Notes: a model not told the origin generated them from the letters alone. A stretch of DNA of 64,000 nt from Candidatus Woesearchaeota archaeon (GCA_019322435.1 JAHWIR010000005.1:199-64198); one strand, 5' to 3'; shown: positions 8,382 to 17,877, numbered from the stretch's first letter. Numbers and translations: made by a program.

Positions 8382-9455
8382 ATGAAAAACATAATAAAAT
8401 TATTACTTTGCGGAGCACTTGGAGTTGGAGGAGCGCAAGCTCTGAAAGCTGATGATGGTTTATTCTTAGAGGAAACAATATCACACCAGGATGAGAATTC
8501 AACATTCTATCACTTCTTAGGATTATCAAATGATAAAGGCTCTTATGCTAAAATATTATTCACAGATAATGAAGACCCTGATTCTGATTCAATAAGTTAT
8601 AGCGGAAGAGGAGGCTTTGACTTGTTTGGAATAAAAGGACTTGCAGATTTGATTGGCTTTAATTCTGGAGATGACTTTGGATATGGAGTTAATGCAAGAG
8701 GAGATGTTAATGATTTTGTAAAGCTTGGGTTAGCTCTTGAAAAGAAAGTTGAGAGTGGTTTAGAAACCAAGATGAACATGGCTTATACTAGCTTAAATCT
8801 TGATAATTTTAAACTTAATTTTGGTTTAAGCAATACAGATGTTGAAGGAGATGAAACAGGAAGAGGAACAGCAACTCTTGCTTATACTCAAGGGCAAAAT
8901 ATGTATGGTTTTGGAATAACTTCTGATGGCTTTGACAAAGAAGCAGAAGGATTTGCAACAGCAATGGTTGGAAGATTTGGCAAAAAAGCAGGAGATTTTG
9001 GATATAGAGCATGGGTTAAATCAGACTTTGAAGGAAACTACACAATTGACTTATTATTAAGCACAAATACAACTATTAGCGCAGGAACTATCAATGCAAT
9101 AACATCTATGGATGATGGTCTGCAGGATCAAAAACTATTTTCAAACAGATTTGATACAGCTACTTACTTGTGGGAAAGAGCAAAACAAGGCGGAATAATA
9201 GGACATGCAAGCCAGTCTGAATTTGAAGATACTTTAACTAGAACAATAGAAGGATTATATAAATTCCATAAAAAAGGAGCAATAGCTCCAATGGCAGGAT
9301 TAGGTTTCTCTAGTGTAGATAATGGAATTGATACTACTGATTCTATATACGGAATGGTTGGAGCAGAGCTTGATAAAGGATATATTGAATTAAAAATAAC
9401 TGGCACAGAAGGCCAGAAGCCTAGCTTCAATCTTGTTGCTGGGTATGGATTCTAG
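8382..9455 (+). CDS. secreted beta-rich protein with an OMP-like C-terminal signature
   Basis: Start re-set to the ATG after SD ggagga. Signal peptide MKNIIKLLLCGALGVGGAQA. Gly/Asp/aromatic-rich alternating pattern. Ends ...SFNLVAGYGF. Confidence 0.7.
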   Translation: MKNIIKLLLCGALGVGGAQALKADDGLFLEETISHQDENSTFYHFLGLSNDKGSYAKILFTDNEDPDSDSISYSGRGGFDLFGIKGLADLIGFNSGDDFGYGVNARGDVNDFVKLGLALEKKVESGLETKMNMAYTSLNLDNFKLNFGLSNTDVEGDETGRGTATLAYTQGQNMYGFGITSDGFDKEAEGFATAMVGRFGKKAGDFGYRAWVKSDFEGNYTIDLLLSTNTTISAGTINAITSMDDGLQDQKLFSNRFDTATYLWERAKQGGIIGHASQSEFEDTLTRTIEGLYKFHKKGAIAPMAGLGFSSVDNGIDTTDSIYGMVGAELDKGYIELKITGTEGQKPSFNLVAGYGF

Positions 9456-9464
9456 GAGGAGAAA

Positions 9465-9779
9465 ATGGTAAACAAAAAATTCTGGATTGGATATTCTGTA
9501 GGGGCAATACTAGGTGTTTTGGTGAGTGGGACATGTAATACTATACAAGAATATAATGGGAGTTTAGTAGATATTATTCCTATTGAAAGAGACCTAAATA
9601 AAGATGGTATACCAGATGCAATAATTAGGCAACATAATTGTCATGAAACTCCAATGTATGGGGTTAAAGATACTGATTCTAAAACTATTCATTATGTTCC
9701 AAAATATGAAATGCTGAGAAGAAACCCAAAAGACATAATTGACTATGATAAAATTGAAGAAATGATGAATGAGGAGTAA
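9465..9779 (+). CDS. small membrane-anchored protein with DxNxDGxxD Ca-binding-like loop
   Basis: 104 aa with an N-terminal TM helix and the motif DLNKDGIPD. SD aggagga lies 9 nt after the upstream stop. Confidence 0.6.
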   Translation: MVNKKFWIGYSVGAILGVLVSGTCNTIQEYNGSLVDIIPIERDLNKDGIPDAIIRQHNCHETPMYGVKDTDSKTIHYVPKYEMLRRNPKDIIDYDKIEEMMNEE

Positions 9780-9784
9780 GGAAA

Positions 9785-10078
9785 ATGACTAAACTAAAAC
9801 CAATAAAACGATTTGCAGAAGATGTTAAAGAAGGAGATCTAGTTAGGTTAGTAGGAACTCAATTATATTCAAAAGACAAGCCCATTGAAATTACAGGATA
9901 CTTTCAAAAGTTTGGAGTAAGGAAAGAATATGCTTATGCTATCTTTGGATATCGTCCTGAAGGAAACGCTTTTTCTGTCAGGATAAAGGATGGGTATTGT
10001 ATAGATTTTGGAAGAGATAATTCTTTCCAAGAACATATGCATGAATACGAAATTCTAAGGAGGTTAAAGAATGACTGA
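9785..10078 (+). CDS. hypothetical small protein
   Basis: 97 aa, 5-nt gap from the upstream gene, SD ggagtaagga. Confidence 0.55.
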   Translation: MTKLKPIKRFAEDVKEGDLVRLVGTQLYSKDKPIEITGYFQKFGVRKEYAYAIFGYRPEGNAFSVRIKDGYCIDFGRDNSFQEHMHEYEILRRLKND

Positions 10079-10565
10079 TGATTACAAACCAAACTTAGCA
10101 GATATAGTAAAACAAATGGGAAAAGATTCGAGGTACATACCAGCCATAGCGCTTGCTGCAGGAGTAGGACTAGGCATATTCGCATACGAATCAATAAGGG
10201 ATTTTGGAAAAAGTTTTTTGGATAGGTTTTTTTCACCATATGCACTTCCTACAGTTGTTCGCCATCTTAATGAGGACGTAGGAAATTTTGAAATAGAGGA
10301 AGGAATCTTAGGCAGGAAGCTTGTAGATAAAAAAAATTTAAGTATGAGTGCTCAGGCAGGCGACCTTGCAGGCATAGTAGGATTAGTTATTCAAGGGGTA
10401 GGAAGTGTTGGTTTTGCATTAGATAATGATTGTCCAGAAGTATTTCTTATACCTTTAGCAACTAATGTTCTTTCTGGAGTGTATGAATGGGGAAGAAAAA
10501 CTCGAAATGATCTAATTACATATCATAATTGTCTAAGTTCATTAGAAAAGGAGGAAGGAAAATGA
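10071..10565 (+). CDS. small membrane protein, paralog of 20797..21174
   Basis: Shares N-terminal L.DIVKQMGKD and C-terminal FLIPLATNVLSGVYEWGRK with the 20.8-kb gene. Overlaps both neighbours (8 nt and ATGA). Confidence 0.65.
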   Translation: MTDDYKPNLADIVKQMGKDSRYIPAIALAAGVGLGIFAYESIRDFGKSFLDRFFSPYALPTVVRHLNEDVGNFEIEEGILGRKLVDKKNLSMSAQAGDLAGIVGLVIQGVGSVGFALDNDCPEVFLIPLATNVLSGVYEWGRKTRNDLITYHNCLSSLEKEEGK

Positions 10566-12058
10566 AACTCCTACTAATCTATCCAGAATGTGAATGTAGT
10601 GTTACAAACACCCACACTTATTCATTACCTTTAGGTCTAGGTTCAATTGCAACTTATTGTAAAGAGCGGATGAGTGATTTGGAAGTAAAGATATTAGATG
10701 GCTCTGTAATGACTCATGAAGAGCAGAGAAAAATAGTTGAAGAATTTGAACCAGATGTAACTGGGCTGTCTCCAACAATTGGAAGCATGCATAATGCTTA
10801 TGATATTGGAGAGTTAGCAAAAAGACAGGACTCAAGAGTTGTTCTTGGAGGAGTTCATGCAACTGCATTATGGCCAAATATCCTAAGAAATAGGGATTTT
10901 GTAGATGGAGTTGTACTTTATGATGGAGAAAAAGCAATACATTCTTATTTAGAAAGGATTGAAAAATATGATGGTCTTCTTGAGGGTAAGACTGGCCATG
11001 ATTTATTTATGGCAAAGGTTGCTATGGGTTGGGTATCTAATCCCTTAGATAATTTTGCATTCAAATATAATTCAAAACCAGATATAGAATCATTAAATCT
11101 AAGAGAGATTCTGGATATAAACTATTCATTATTTGACTTAGAAAGACATTTTGAACAAACAGAAAAAAGGGGCTTTGGAAGAGCAGTTTCTTATTCTCCT
11201 GGAAGAGGGTGTCCAAAAAGAGGGCATGTGGAACTAATGAAGAGATACACATATGAAGAATACCAAAAATTAGTTGATGCCATGGACACATGCACTTTCT
11301 GCGGAAGAAATGAATTAGGTGTTAGAGAAGGTGAGGAAGCTAGAGAAGGAAGAATACTAACATATCTACATGATGAATTAGGGGTGAGATTTTATTTTAA
11401 TACTCAAGACAAAGCAAATGTAAAAAGCAAAGAACAGGTTGGACATGATGATTCTATATATAGATTATTTATGGGTACAGAAGATGTGACTCTTAACAAT
11501 ATTGCTAATGCAAAACACAAGTATAGCCCAAATATAACCTACCAAGTAGGAATCGAAACAGCAACTCCTGAAATGAGAGAAGCGTATGGTAAAAAACCAA
11601 TAAACGCAAAGGAAATATTTGAAAAAGTTCAACTAATGGAAGATGAAGGAGTACAGCTCCACGCAAGTTTCATCTTAGGAGGAAAAGGAGAAACAAAAGA
11701 TTCTGTACTTATGACAACTGATTTGATAGCTGGCTTAGCACAATATAACAATGTTAGCTGGATATTAGTTAGTCCTCAGTTAATTCTTCCTGGCTCAAAA
11801 GACTATAAAGCATTACTGCAGATGCCAGAGATGATGAAAAAATGGGGAAATGAAGACTTGATTGATATTCCTGAAATCAACAGAGATTTTTTGAGATGGT
11901 TTGCACCAGAAACATCGAGAGATTATATTCTAGGAGAAATCAAAGACACATTTGATGATATCAAAACAATAAGCTCAAACATAGTCCTAGATGTAAAAGG
12001 AGTTGTTGGAGAAGAAGAGAAGTATGTTGGGCCGTATAGGCCTTATAGTGAATCATAA
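10562..12058 (+). CDS. B12-binding-domain radical SAM family protein with a split Cys motif
   Basis: Start set to MKLLLIYPE (ATGA overlap). The N-terminus looks like a class B rSAM cobalamin-binding domain. GRGCPKR...(26 aa)...CTFCG replaces the usual CxxxCxxC. Confidence 0.75.
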   Translation: MKLLLIYPECECSVTNTHTYSLPLGLGSIATYCKERMSDLEVKILDGSVMTHEEQRKIVEEFEPDVTGLSPTIGSMHNAYDIGELAKRQDSRVVLGGVHATALWPNILRNRDFVDGVVLYDGEKAIHSYLERIEKYDGLLEGKTGHDLFMAKVAMGWVSNPLDNFAFKYNSKPDIESLNLREILDINYSLFDLERHFEQTEKRGFGRAVSYSPGRGCPKRGHVELMKRYTYEEYQKLVDAMDTCTFCGRNELGVREGEEAREGRILTYLHDELGVRFYFNTQDKANVKSKEQVGHDDSIYRLFMGTEDVTLNNIANAKHKYSPNITYQVGIETATPEMREAYGKKPINAKEIFEKVQLMEDEGVQLHASFILGGKGETKDSVLMTTDLIAGLAQYNNVSWILVSPQLILPGSKDYKALLQMPEMMKKWGNEDLIDIPEINRDFLRWFAPETSRDYILGEIKDTFDDIKTISSNIVLDVKGVVGEEEKYVGPYRPYSES

Positions 12059-13960
12059 ATTAAACTCAATCTCTTTTTTCTCAACATTCTCTTTTATTTT
12101 TTTGATTAAAGAACTTAATTTAACTCCAAACTTGACTTTGCCATCAGAATTTGTTCTTACTGCAACTGTTTCTGCTTTTTGCTCCTTTTCGCCAACATTA
12201 ATAACAATAGGAATCTTTGCTATTTGAGAATCTCTTATTTTCTTTCCAGTTGTTTCTTTGCTGTCGTCAAAGTCAACTCTGATTCCATTTTCTTTTAATT
12301 CTTTTACAATTTCTCTGGCATATTTGTTGAATTTGTCAGAGACAGAGATCACTCTTGCCTGCAGTGGATTCAGCCAGAGTGGGAACCAGCCTGCGAAATG
12401 CTCTATTAAAATACCCATGAATCTTTCCATGCTTCCGTAGATTGCTCTGTGCAGCATAACTGGCTGATGTCTTTTGCCGTCTTTGCCTTCGTAGGTTAGG
12501 TTGAACTTTTCAGGCATTGAAAAGTCTAATTGTATTGTTCCGCACTGCCAACTTCTACCAATTGCATCTTTTACATGGAAGTCAATCTTTGGGCCGTAGA
12601 AAGCGCCTTCTCCTGGATTTAGTTTATATTTGATTTTTCTAGTATCCAAGGCTTCTGCCAGTGCTTTTTCTGCTTTATCCCAGAGCTTAGGGTCGCCCAT
12701 TGCTTTTGGAGGCTTAGTGCTTAATTCAATATGATATTCAAAGCCAAAGGTGGAGTAGATTCTTTTGACTAAGTCAAGCAATTCGATTATTTGGTCTTTT
12801 ATTTGAGATTCTTCGCAGAAGACATGAGCATCATCTTGTGTAAAAACTCTTACTCTGAATAATCCTGATAGAACTCCTGATAGTTCATGCCTATGCACTA
12901 GTCCAAATTCTCCTGCTTTGATTGGAAGCTCTCTGTAGGAATGCAGTCTTGTTTTGAAGATTAAGATATTTCCAGGGCAGTTCATTGGCTTTACTGCATA
13001 ATCTGCCTGATCTATCTTTGTAAAATACATGTTATCTTTGTAATGGTCCCAATGCCCTGACTTCAGCCATAATGCTTTGTTCAAGATAATAGGTGTTTTG
13101 TTTAGTTCATAACCTAATTCTCTCATTTCAGAAATCATGTAATCTTTTAGTTTTTCCCAGATAAAGTTTCCTTTGTCATGGAAGAACGGCATTCCTGGAG
13201 CTTCATCATGGATTGAGAACAGTTCCATTTGCTTTCCAATAACCCTGTGGTCCCGTTTCTCTGCTTCTTCTAGTAATTTTAGATATTTATTCAAATCCTT
13301 TTTTTCTGGGAATGCAACTCCGTAGATTCTTTGAAGCATTTTGTTTTTAGCATCTCCTTTCCAGTATGCTCCTGCTATTTTTGTCAGCTTAAATGCTTTT
13401 ATCTTTCCACTGCTAATAACATGGGGGCCTTTGCATAGATCAGTAAATTTTCCTAATGTATAGATAGAAGGCTTTTCAACTTCTTCTAACAGCTCTAGTT
13501 TGTATGGCTGGTCTTTGAACAGTGTCTTTGCCTGGGCTTTTGTTATTTCTTTTCTTTCAAAAGGCAGGTCTTTTTCAATTATCTTCTGCATCTCTTTTTC
13601 TATTTTCTCTAAATCTTCTGGTGTAAATGGGGCTGTATCAAAATCATAGTAAAAGCCGTCTTCAATTGCAGGGCCAATACCAAATTTAACTTTTGGAAAG
13701 AGGTTTTGGACTGCTGCTGCCAGAACATGAGAAGCAGAATGTTTAAAGATATCTTGTCCTTCGTCATCATCAAAGGTGATTATCCTGATTTCAGAATTTT
13801 TCTTGATTGGATAGTTTAAATCAACCAGCTCATCATTGACTTTTGCAGCTATAGCTGCTTTTGCCAATCCAATTCCAATGTCTTCTGCAATTTCAGCTGG
13901 TGTGATTGATTTCTTCTTGTAATTTACAGCTGAACCGTCTGGAAAAGTTATTGCAATCAT
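12053..13960 (-). CDS. thrS: threonyl-tRNA synthetase
   Basis: 635 aa with N-terminal TGS domain (MIAITFPDGS), editing-domain HxxxH (HSASHVL), class II core (FRVRVFTQDDAH, GTIQLDF) and an anticodon-binding domain. Confidence 0.95.
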   Translation of the reverse strand: MIAITFPDGSAVNYKKKSITPAEIAEDIGIGLAKAAIAAKVNDELVDLNYPIKKNSEIRIITFDDDEGQDIFKHSASHVLAAAVQNLFPKVKFGIGPAIEDGFYYDFDTAPFTPEDLEKIEKEMQKIIEKDLPFERKEITKAQAKTLFKDQPYKLELLEEVEKPSIYTLGKFTDLCKGPHVISSGKIKAFKLTKIAGAYWKGDAKNKMLQRIYGVAFPEKKDLNKYLKLLEEAEKRDHRVIGKQMELFSIHDEAPGMPFFHDKGNFIWEKLKDYMISEMRELGYELNKTPIILNKALWLKSGHWDHYKDNMYFTKIDQADYAVKPMNCPGNILIFKTRLHSYRELPIKAGEFGLVHRHELSGVLSGLFRVRVFTQDDAHVFCEESQIKDQIIELLDLVKRIYSTFGFEYHIELSTKPPKAMGDPKLWDKAEKALAEALDTRKIKYKLNPGEGAFYGPKIDFHVKDAIGRSWQCGTIQLDFSMPEKFNLTYEGKDGKRHQPVMLHRAIYGSMERFMGILIEHFAGWFPLWLNPLQARVISVSDKFNKYAREIVKELKENGIRVDFDDSKETTGKKIRDSQIAKIPIVINVGEKEQKAETVAVRTNSDGKVKFGVKLSSLIKKIKENVEKKEIEFNL

Positions 13961-14014
13961 ATTATTGATTTTAGCAATTTTGTATATAAACTTTGTGATT
14001 TTGTCTGATTTCTA

Positions 14015-14030
14015 AGCAAACCTTTATAAA
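14015..14030 (+). promoter_or_regulatory. BRE/TATA promoter element
   Basis: gcaaacctttataaat, 26 nt upstream of the ATG at 14056. Confidence 0.6.
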
Positions 14031-14055
14031 TTACCTTAATTTTCAAAAAAATAAG

Positions 14056-15126
14056 ATGCATGCGAAAGAACACCTGCAGTGGCTGGAAGAGAACGGACTG
14101 ATAGAACTTGCAAAGAATAATTCTGATGTTTTCAAGAAAGTGCTGCAGCAGTGCCTGGATGTTCAGAAAGACGAGCGAATTTTGATAGTCACTGACCAAG
14201 GCTATGAAGGAAGAAGGCTGGCTGGAATCTTAGGAGCTGGTTATTACTTGGCTGCAAGAGAGCTTGGATTAGAGGTAACTATGATTATTCAGGATCCTAA
14301 GATGAAGGGAGATAATGCTGATGACAATGTCTTGATTGGGCTGGAAGAATTAGGATTAAATAATATTCTTGTTTTGAGCCTGTCTGGGAAATTGGGGAGC
14401 ATCAGAACATTGAGCCACAGCTATAGGAATTATATCAGGGAGAATCACCATAGATTTGTATCTGCTACTAGCCTGGGGAAATTGGGGGAAGAAAATTATC
14501 AGGCTGTGATTGACACTATTAATATAGATTATAGGAAACTGCAGGAAAAAGCAGAATTGATAAAGAATGAGCTGGATAATGGAAATGAACTGAGGATTAC
14601 AACTGATTCTGGAACTGACTTGAAGATGGAGCTGAAGAACAGGGCTGTTTTGAATACAGGAAATTATAAAAAGGTTGGAACAGGCGGAAATATTCCTGCT
14701 GGCGAGGTCTATCTTGCGCCTAGATGGAAGACAGCTGAAGGAAAGATTGTTGTTGATGGAAGTTCTGCTTATCGCGGCGGAACCCAGCTGATTGAAGAGC
14801 CTATTGTCATGGATGTCAAAAGAGGAGAGATAGTTGATATTGACGGAGCTGAGGAAGCTGACAATCTAAGAAGCACACTGGACTGGGCTTTTAAGAAAGC
14901 AAAGCATCCGTGGGGTATAAGAAGGATTGGAGAATTAGGTATTGGAATAAATCCAAATGCCAAGATCATAGGAGCTACTATAGTTGATGAAAAAGTAAAA
15001 GGAACTGCTCATGTTGGTATTGGTTCTAATTACTGGTTTGGCGGAACAATCTATGCTATTATTCATTTGGACCAGGTTTTTAAAAACCCTAAACTTTATA
15101 TAGATAATAAGTTGCTAAAGATTTAA
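14056..15126 (+). CDS. M29-family (AmpS/aminopeptidase T-like) metallopeptidase, copy 1
   Basis: GGNIPAGEVYLAP, ELGIGINPNA and DEKVKGTAHVGIG. Paralogous to 16886..17833. Confidence 0.75.
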   Translation: MHAKEHLQWLEENGLIELAKNNSDVFKKVLQQCLDVQKDERILIVTDQGYEGRRLAGILGAGYYLAARELGLEVTMIIQDPKMKGDNADDNVLIGLEELGLNNILVLSLSGKLGSIRTLSHSYRNYIRENHHRFVSATSLGKLGEENYQAVIDTINIDYRKLQEKAELIKNELDNGNELRITTDSGTDLKMELKNRAVLNTGNYKKVGTGGNIPAGEVYLAPRWKTAEGKIVVDGSSAYRGGTQLIEEPIVMDVKRGEIVDIDGAEEADNLRSTLDWAFKKAKHPWGIRRIGELGIGINPNAKIIGATIVDEKVKGTAHVGIGSNYWFGGTIYAIIHLDQVFKNPKLYIDNKLLKI

Positions 15127-15722
15127 TGATGGAGCTTGAAAGACTAACAAGCAAAAAATTAGAAAAATTAGATCGTTCTTTGGTTATGATAATCCCTACT
15201 GGAGCTACAGAAGCTCATGATGAATTTCTTCCTTTGAATACAGATAATCTTATTGCTCAGAAAATTGCAAAGGAAGTTGCAGAGAAAAGTGGAAATATCT
15301 GCGGAGTTCCAATAACAAAAGGGAGCAGTGAAAGCACACTAACTGAGCAAGGAACAATCGGGATAATGCCAGATACACTACAGAAGTCTGTTGAAGAGAT
15401 TTGCAAGATTTACATTGATTATGGATTTAAGAAGATATTCTTGTTAAATGGGCATGGAAAGAATACAAAACCAATGCAAGCTGCAATTGAGAAATTGAAA
15501 GCAGATAATTCTGATTTGCATATTGAAACATTGGGTTGGTGGAAGTTTGGCAGTAAAAAAGTTCCTCATACAGGAAAAGAAGAGACAGAGATGGCATTAG
15601 CAGTTGATCCTTCAATTGGAGAGCCTTCTGATTCTCCAAATAATCCAGATATTGAAGAGGGTAAAAGATATTATAATAAGGTTGTTGAAAGTATTGTTAG
15701 TTGGTTAAAAGAAAAATGGTAA
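15126..15722 (+). CDS. creatininase-family amidohydrolase
   Basis: IIPTGATEAHDEFLPLNTDN, LLNGHGKN and HTGKEETEMALAV. Short form (198 aa). TAATG junction with the upstream gene. Confidence 0.7.
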   Translation: MMELERLTSKKLEKLDRSLVMIIPTGATEAHDEFLPLNTDNLIAQKIAKEVAEKSGNICGVPITKGSSESTLTEQGTIGIMPDTLQKSVEEICKIYIDYGFKKIFLLNGHGKNTKPMQAAIEKLKADNSDLHIETLGWWKFGSKKVPHTGKEETEMALAVDPSIGEPSDSPNNPDIEEGKRYYNKVVESIVSWLKEKW

Positions 15723-16813
15723 ATGTTCCAAATAGACCAACTCTTTCTCCTTTATTTTTCTTGAAAAGAAAAAAAAATGTTGATTTTGATTTCAAAAGAG
15801 TTGTTTTTTATCCTTATGCAAGGAATGCATTGTATACTGCATTTAAATTAATGGAGATAGAGAAAAAGGATAATGTGTTGTTTCCTTCTTTTATCTGCAG
15901 AACAGCAATTACTCCTTTATTGCCTTTTACAAAGGATGTAAGACTATATAAAACAAAGAAGAATTTGGATTTAGATATTAATGATTTGAAAAAAAAGATT
16001 GATTCTAATACAAAGGCAATTGTTGTTATGCATTATTTTGGTTTTGCCAGGAATCTGGATGAGATAAAGAAAATATGTGAAGAAAAAGGGATTTATTTGA
16101 TTGAGGATTGTGCTCTGGCTCTGTTTAGCAGGCATAAAGGAAAATTAGTTGGTAGTTATGGAGATTTTGCTGTTTTTAGTTTAAGAAAAACACTTCCTTT
16201 GTTTGAAGGCGGTGTTTTGGTTGTTAATAATGAAAAGTTTGAATTGCCTGTTAATAAGAGAAGGGCTTTGAAATTAAGTTATATGTTTTATAGATTGGGA
16301 AGGACTTTGGAATATTTGAAAAAAGGAATTTATTTTAGATTAGGGAAGGCTGCAACAAAGTATGAGAAAAGGACTAAGAAGAAAGATAAGGAGAGAGAAT
16401 TATTTGGAGATGCTTCTGTTTTTTTCAAATCAATGTGGTTATCTAGATTTGTTTTGAAACATTGTGACAGCCAGAAGATAATAAAACAAAGAAGAGAAAA
16501 TTTCTTGTTTTTATTAAATGCTTTGAAAGGAAGCAAGGTTGAGGCATTGATTAAGGAACTGCCTGCTGGTGTTTGTCCTTTGTTTTTTCCTGTTCTCCAT
16601 GAAAATAAATTAGAGATTAGAGAGAAACTATGGAGAGATGGTATTGAAACATTGCTTCATTGGAATAAGATTCTTCCTGAGCAGTTAGAGCTGAATAAAT
16701 ATCCTGATACAAAATATCTAGCTGATAGGCAGTTTAGCATTCCTATACATCAAGATTTAAAGAAAAAACACATGGAATATATTGCTGAGAAATTAAAAGA
16801 AATTATTGGTTAA
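15701..16813 (+). CDS. DegT/DnrJ/EryC1/StrS-family PLP-dependent aminotransferase-like protein
   Basis: LIEDCALALFS..KGKLVGSYGDFAVFSLRKTLPLFEGG (PLP Lys context). An alternative ATG at 15716 gives an ATGGTAA overlap. Confidence 0.7.
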   Translation: MVKRKMVNVPNRPTLSPLFFLKRKKNVDFDFKRVVFYPYARNALYTAFKLMEIEKKDNVLFPSFICRTAITPLLPFTKDVRLYKTKKNLDLDINDLKKKIDSNTKAIVVMHYFGFARNLDEIKKICEEKGIYLIEDCALALFSRHKGKLVGSYGDFAVFSLRKTLPLFEGGVLVVNNEKFELPVNKRRALKLSYMFYRLGRTLEYLKKGIYFRLGKAATKYEKRTKKKDKERELFGDASVFFKSMWLSRFVLKHCDSQKIIKQRRENFLFLLNALKGSKVEALIKELPAGVCPLFFPVLHENKLEIREKLWRDGIETLLHWNKILPEQLELNKYPDTKYLADRQFSIPIHQDLKKKHMEYIAEKLKEIIG

Positions 16814-16885
16814 GATACTTATTAACTACTGCTGCGTCTTCTATGCTTCGTTAAATTTTTATACTATCTATTAATAGAGGACTCT

Positions 16886-17833
16886 ATGGCAACAATAGAA
16901 CAAGCAGCAGACATTGCAATACAGAAATGCTTGGAAGTCAAGGAAGGAGAAAAGGTTTTAGTTATTACTGATGAGAATCTGAAGTCAATAGGAGTGGTTC
17001 TTTTAGCAGCTGCAAAAAAGATTACTGAAGCTAAGCTTATTGAGATTCCGATTGGTGTTGTGAGCGGAGCAGAGCCTCCTAAGTGGGTTAAGGAAGAAGC
17101 TGATAAAGCAGATGTTTTATTGATTCCAACAACAAAGTCATTGACGCATACTTCATTGGTTAAGGATGCTTGTGAGAGGAATGCAAGGGTGGCAACATTG
17201 CCAGGAATTACAAAAGAGACAATGGAAAGATGTATTGATGTTGATTATGATGAGATGGCTAAGAGAAGCAATAAGCTGAAAGAGATTTTGGATAAAGGAA
17301 AAGAGGTCAGGGTTGTTACTGCTGCTGGAACTGATATCAGGATGTCAATTGATGGGAGAGAAGCAGAAGCGAGTTATGGAAGATTGAGGGTAAAAGGAAG
17401 GTTTGGGAATCTGCCATCTGGCGAGACATTTATTTCTCCGATTGAAGAGACTGCTGACGGAATCTATGTTGTTGATGGAAGTATTTTGAAGAAGATGGTT
17501 GATGAGCCAATCAGGATTATTGTTGAGAATGGTTTTGCTGTCAGGATTGATGGGGGAGAGGTTGCTGAGGAATTGAGGGAAGTTCTTGATAAGGTCAAGG
17601 ATAAGAATGCTTTTAATTTTGCTGAATTAGGGATTGGAACAAATGACAAGGCTGAAGTGATTGGCAATGTTTTGGAAGATGAAAAAGTGATGGGGACATG
17701 CCATATTGCTTTGGGAAAGAATTCTAGTTTTGGCGGAAAAGTTGATGTGCCAATACATCTCGACGGAATTTTGTTCAAGCCAACAATCTATGTTGATGGT
17801 GTCAAGATCATTGAAGACGGGAAAATTCTGTAA
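16886..17833 (+). CDS. M29-family (AmpS-like) metallopeptidase, copy 2
   Basis: FGNLPSGETFISP, ELGIGTNDKA and DEKVMGTCHIALG. Confidence 0.75.
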   Translation: MATIEQAADIAIQKCLEVKEGEKVLVITDENLKSIGVVLLAAAKKITEAKLIEIPIGVVSGAEPPKWVKEEADKADVLLIPTTKSLTHTSLVKDACERNARVATLPGITKETMERCIDVDYDEMAKRSNKLKEILDKGKEVRVVTAAGTDIRMSIDGREAEASYGRLRVKGRFGNLPSGETFISPIEETADGIYVVDGSILKKMVDEPIRIIVENGFAVRIDGGEVAEELREVLDKVKDKNAFNFAELGIGTNDKAEVIGNVLEDEKVMGTCHIALGKNSSFGGKVDVPIHLDGILFKPTIYVDGVKIIEDGKIL

Positions 17834-17877
17834 AATACCAAAAGGTTTAAAAAGAAACGAGGGAATGGAGTAATACT

